Source: Mobula hypostoma
Taxonomy: Eukaryota
Length of the DNA: 64,000 nucleotides
Direction: 5' to 3'
NCBI RefSeq assembly: GCF_963921235.1
Contig: NC_086108.1
Span: forward strand, 63,800,001 to 63,864,000
How positions within the stretch are numbered: the stretch's first letter is position 1; the number at the start of each line of letters is the position of its first letter. The translations under genes were made by a program, and so were the position numbers. The notes below the pieces were generated by a model. It had not been told where the DNA came from and did not search any database. It saw only the letters and a program-made list of their open reading frames with translations. Positions 61,230-64,000 of the stretch are shown piece by piece.

Positions 61230-62596
61230 CCTGAGTCATAGCTGAAAGGAGATCGTAGTTGGGAGCTTAACATCCTTACTTCTGGGGCGCTATACACGGG
61301 CGACCTGAAACAGCAGCTCTCATTGATTCTGATGCAGACTCTGTATGTTGTATCGAAAGGACAGGCAGGTAAGCAGAGGAATGGGGTGGCTCTGTTGATA
61401 GAAATTGAAACCAAATCCTTACAAAGAACATAAGAACATAGAAATAGGAGCAGGAGTAGGCCATCTGGCCTGTCAAGCCTGCTCCACCATTCAATAAGAT
61501 TATGGCTGATTTGGCCATGGACTCATCTCCATCTGCCTGCATTTTCCCCATAACCCCTAATTCCCTTACTATACAAAAATCTATCCAACTTTATATTACA
61601 AAGGTGTGACAGAGAATGGGAAGATGTAGAATCTTTGTGGGTAGAGTTAAGAAAGTACATAGGTAAAATGACCCTGACTGGAGATATATTCAGGCCACTG
61701 AACAGTAGCCAGGATGTGGGATACAAATTACAATGGGAGATGGAAACGATATGGGAAAAGGGCAATGTTATGATAGTCATGGGGGATTCCAATATTCAGG
61801 TAACTTGGGAAAATCAGTTTGATGCTGGATCCCAAGAGAGGAAGTTTGCAGAATGCTTATGAGATGGCTTTTTAGAGCAGCTTGTGGTTGAGCTCTCCAG
61901 GGGAAAGGCAATTTTGGATTGGGTGTTGTGTAATGAACCAGATCTGATTAGAGAGCTTAAGGTAAATGAACCCTTGTAAGGCAGTTATCATAATATTATA
62001 GAATTCACCCTATAGTTTGAGAGGGAGAAGAAAAAGTCAGATGTATCAGTATTATAGTGGAGTAAAGGGAATTACAGAGGCATGAGAGAGGAGATGGCTG
62101 AAGTTGATTGGAAAGGGTCACTGCAGGGATGATGACAGAACAGAATAGCTGGAGTTTCTGGGGTCAATTCAGAAGGTGCAGGAGAGATACAACCCACATG
62201 TATGAAGATGAATTCTAAAGCAAGGATGAGGGAACTGTTGAAGGTAAGGTGATACCAAAGTTTGAGAGATAGAGATTGAGATAGAGAAAAAGAGAGATGA
62301 GAGTGGACAACGGACCACTGGGAAATGAAGCTGGAGAAGTAGTAGTAGGAGACAAAGAAACGGTGGACAAATTTAATAAGTTACATCAGTCTTCACTGTG
62401 GAAAATACTAGCAGTATGCCAGAAATTCAGAAGAGTCAGGGAGGAGAAGTGAATGTATTTGCTATTACTCAGCAGAGGGTTCTAGGGAGGCTGAAAGGTC
62501 TGAAGGTAAATAGGTCAAGTGGACCAGATTGACTACACCTCAGAGTTCTGAAAGAGGTACTTGAAGAGATTGTGGAGGCATTAGAAATGATTAAAA
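61230..62596 (+). mobile_element. Degraded CR1 EN region with a nested minus-strand CR1 3' end (~61425-61597)
   Basis: GVALL, WVELR, MGDSN, ILDWVLCN; the nested copy has the tail aagaacataagaacatag. Confidence 0.8.
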
Positions 62597-64000
62597 CTAT
62601 AATACATAGGAGCAGAATTAGGGTATTTGCCCTGTCAGGTCTGCTTCACCATTCAATCTTAGTTGATCCTTTTCTCCCCTCCTCAGCTAATCTGCCCGGC
62701 ATTCTCCACGTAGCCTTTGATGCTGTGTCCAATCAAGAACCTATCAATCTTCACTTTAAATGCACCCAACGACCTGGCCTCTACAGCTGCCTGTGATAAT
62801 AAATTCCACAAATCCACCACCCTCTGGCTAAAGAAATTTCTCCACATCTCTGTTTTAAATGGATGCCCTTCTATCCAGAGGCTGTGCCCTCTTGTCTGAG
62901 ACTCTCCCACCATGGGAAACATCCTTTCCACATCGACTCTGTCTAGGTCTTTCAACATTCGAAAGGTTTCAATGAGATCCCCTCTCATCCTTCTAAATTC
63001 CAGCGAGTACAAACCCAGAGCCATCGAGCGTTCCCTGTATGATAACTATTTCATTCTCGGAATCATCCTTGTGAACCTCCTCTGAACCCTTTCCAATGCC
63101 AGCACATCTTTTCTAAGATGAGGAGCCCAAAACTGTTCACAGTACCCAAGGTGAGGCCTCACTAGTGCCTTATAAGTCTCAGCATCACATCCCTGCTCTC
63201 ATATTCTCGACCTCTGGAAATGAATGTTAACATCGCATTTGCCTTCCTCACCACCTACTCAACCTGTAGGTTAACCTTTAGGTTGTTCTGCACAAGGATT
63301 CCCTAGTCCCTCTGCATCTCAGATTTTTGGATTTTTTCCCCTGTTTAGAATATTGTCTGCACATTTATTTCTACTACCAAAGTGAATGATCATGCATTTT
63401 CCAACATTGCATTTCATTTGCCACTGTCTTGCCCATTCTCCTAATCTGTCCAAGTCCTTTGGCAGCCTACCTGTTTCCTCAACACTACCTGCCCCTCCTT
63501 CATATCATCTTCGCATCATCTGAAAACTTGGCAACAAAGCCATCTATTCCATCATCTAAGTCATTGATATACAGTATAAAAAGAAATGATCCCAACACCA
63601 ACCCCTGTGGAAAACCACTAGTCACTGACAGCACAACTACCACTCAGCCAATGTTCTAACTACACCAGTAACTTTCCTGTAATACCATGGGCTCTTAACT
63701 TAGTTAGCAGCCTCATTTGTGGCACCTTGTCAAAGGCCTTCTGAAAGTCCAAATATACAATATCCACTGCTTTCCTCAAAGAATACCAACAGGTTCGTCA
63801 GACAAGGTTTTCCCTGAAGGAAACCATGCTGACTTTCTCCTATCTTGTCCTGTGTCTCCATAACCTCATCCTTAACAACTGACTCCAACATCTTCCCAAC
63901 CACTGAGGTGTGGCTGAATGGTCTATCATTTCCTTTCTGCTGCCTTCCTCCTTTCTTAAAAAGTGGAGAGACATTTACAATTTCCAGTCCTCTGGCACCA
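62597..64000 (-). mobile_element. CR1 RT to 3' end, running off the window
   Basis: Reverse-complemented DFQKAFDKVP, KFSDDAK and LYSLEFRRMRGDLIE…FFSQRVV. Confidence 0.9.

Overview
Vertebrate nuclear DNA. The repeat complement (abundant CR1, V-SINE/HE1-like, DeuSINE, Rex1/Babar) points to a cartilaginous fish, probably a ray; this is an inference. The whole window lies inside a minus-strand FREM1-type gene (FRAS1-related extracellular matrix protein 1, CSPG-repeat region). Eight GT-AG exons (58185-58000, 53512-53316, 32668-32443, 24297-24153, 23081-22940, 18467-18272, 9091-8827, 7407-6993; 1772 nt) splice in phase without stops, and the gene continues past both window ends. The introns are filled with transposable elements. 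Main points of interest: (1) an open, Met-initiated in-frame intronic lead in front of the exon where tetrapods start the short FREM1 isoform TILRR; (2) an apparently full-length RTE-clade LINE with a twin-priming-type 5' inversion, a 60-bp breakpoint duplication and a 10-bp TSD; (3) an L1-type LINE with a 5' inversion and a 15-bp TSD; (4) a five-level nested TE stack in one 20.6-kb intron, ending in a near-intact DD34E Tc1 transposon; (5) palindromic Penelope-like hairpins with decayed hammerhead-ribozyme cores. No prokaryotic features, CRISPR arrays, rRNA or tRNA genes were seen. Family names come from motif recognition, not database searches, and boundaries of old repeats are approximate.
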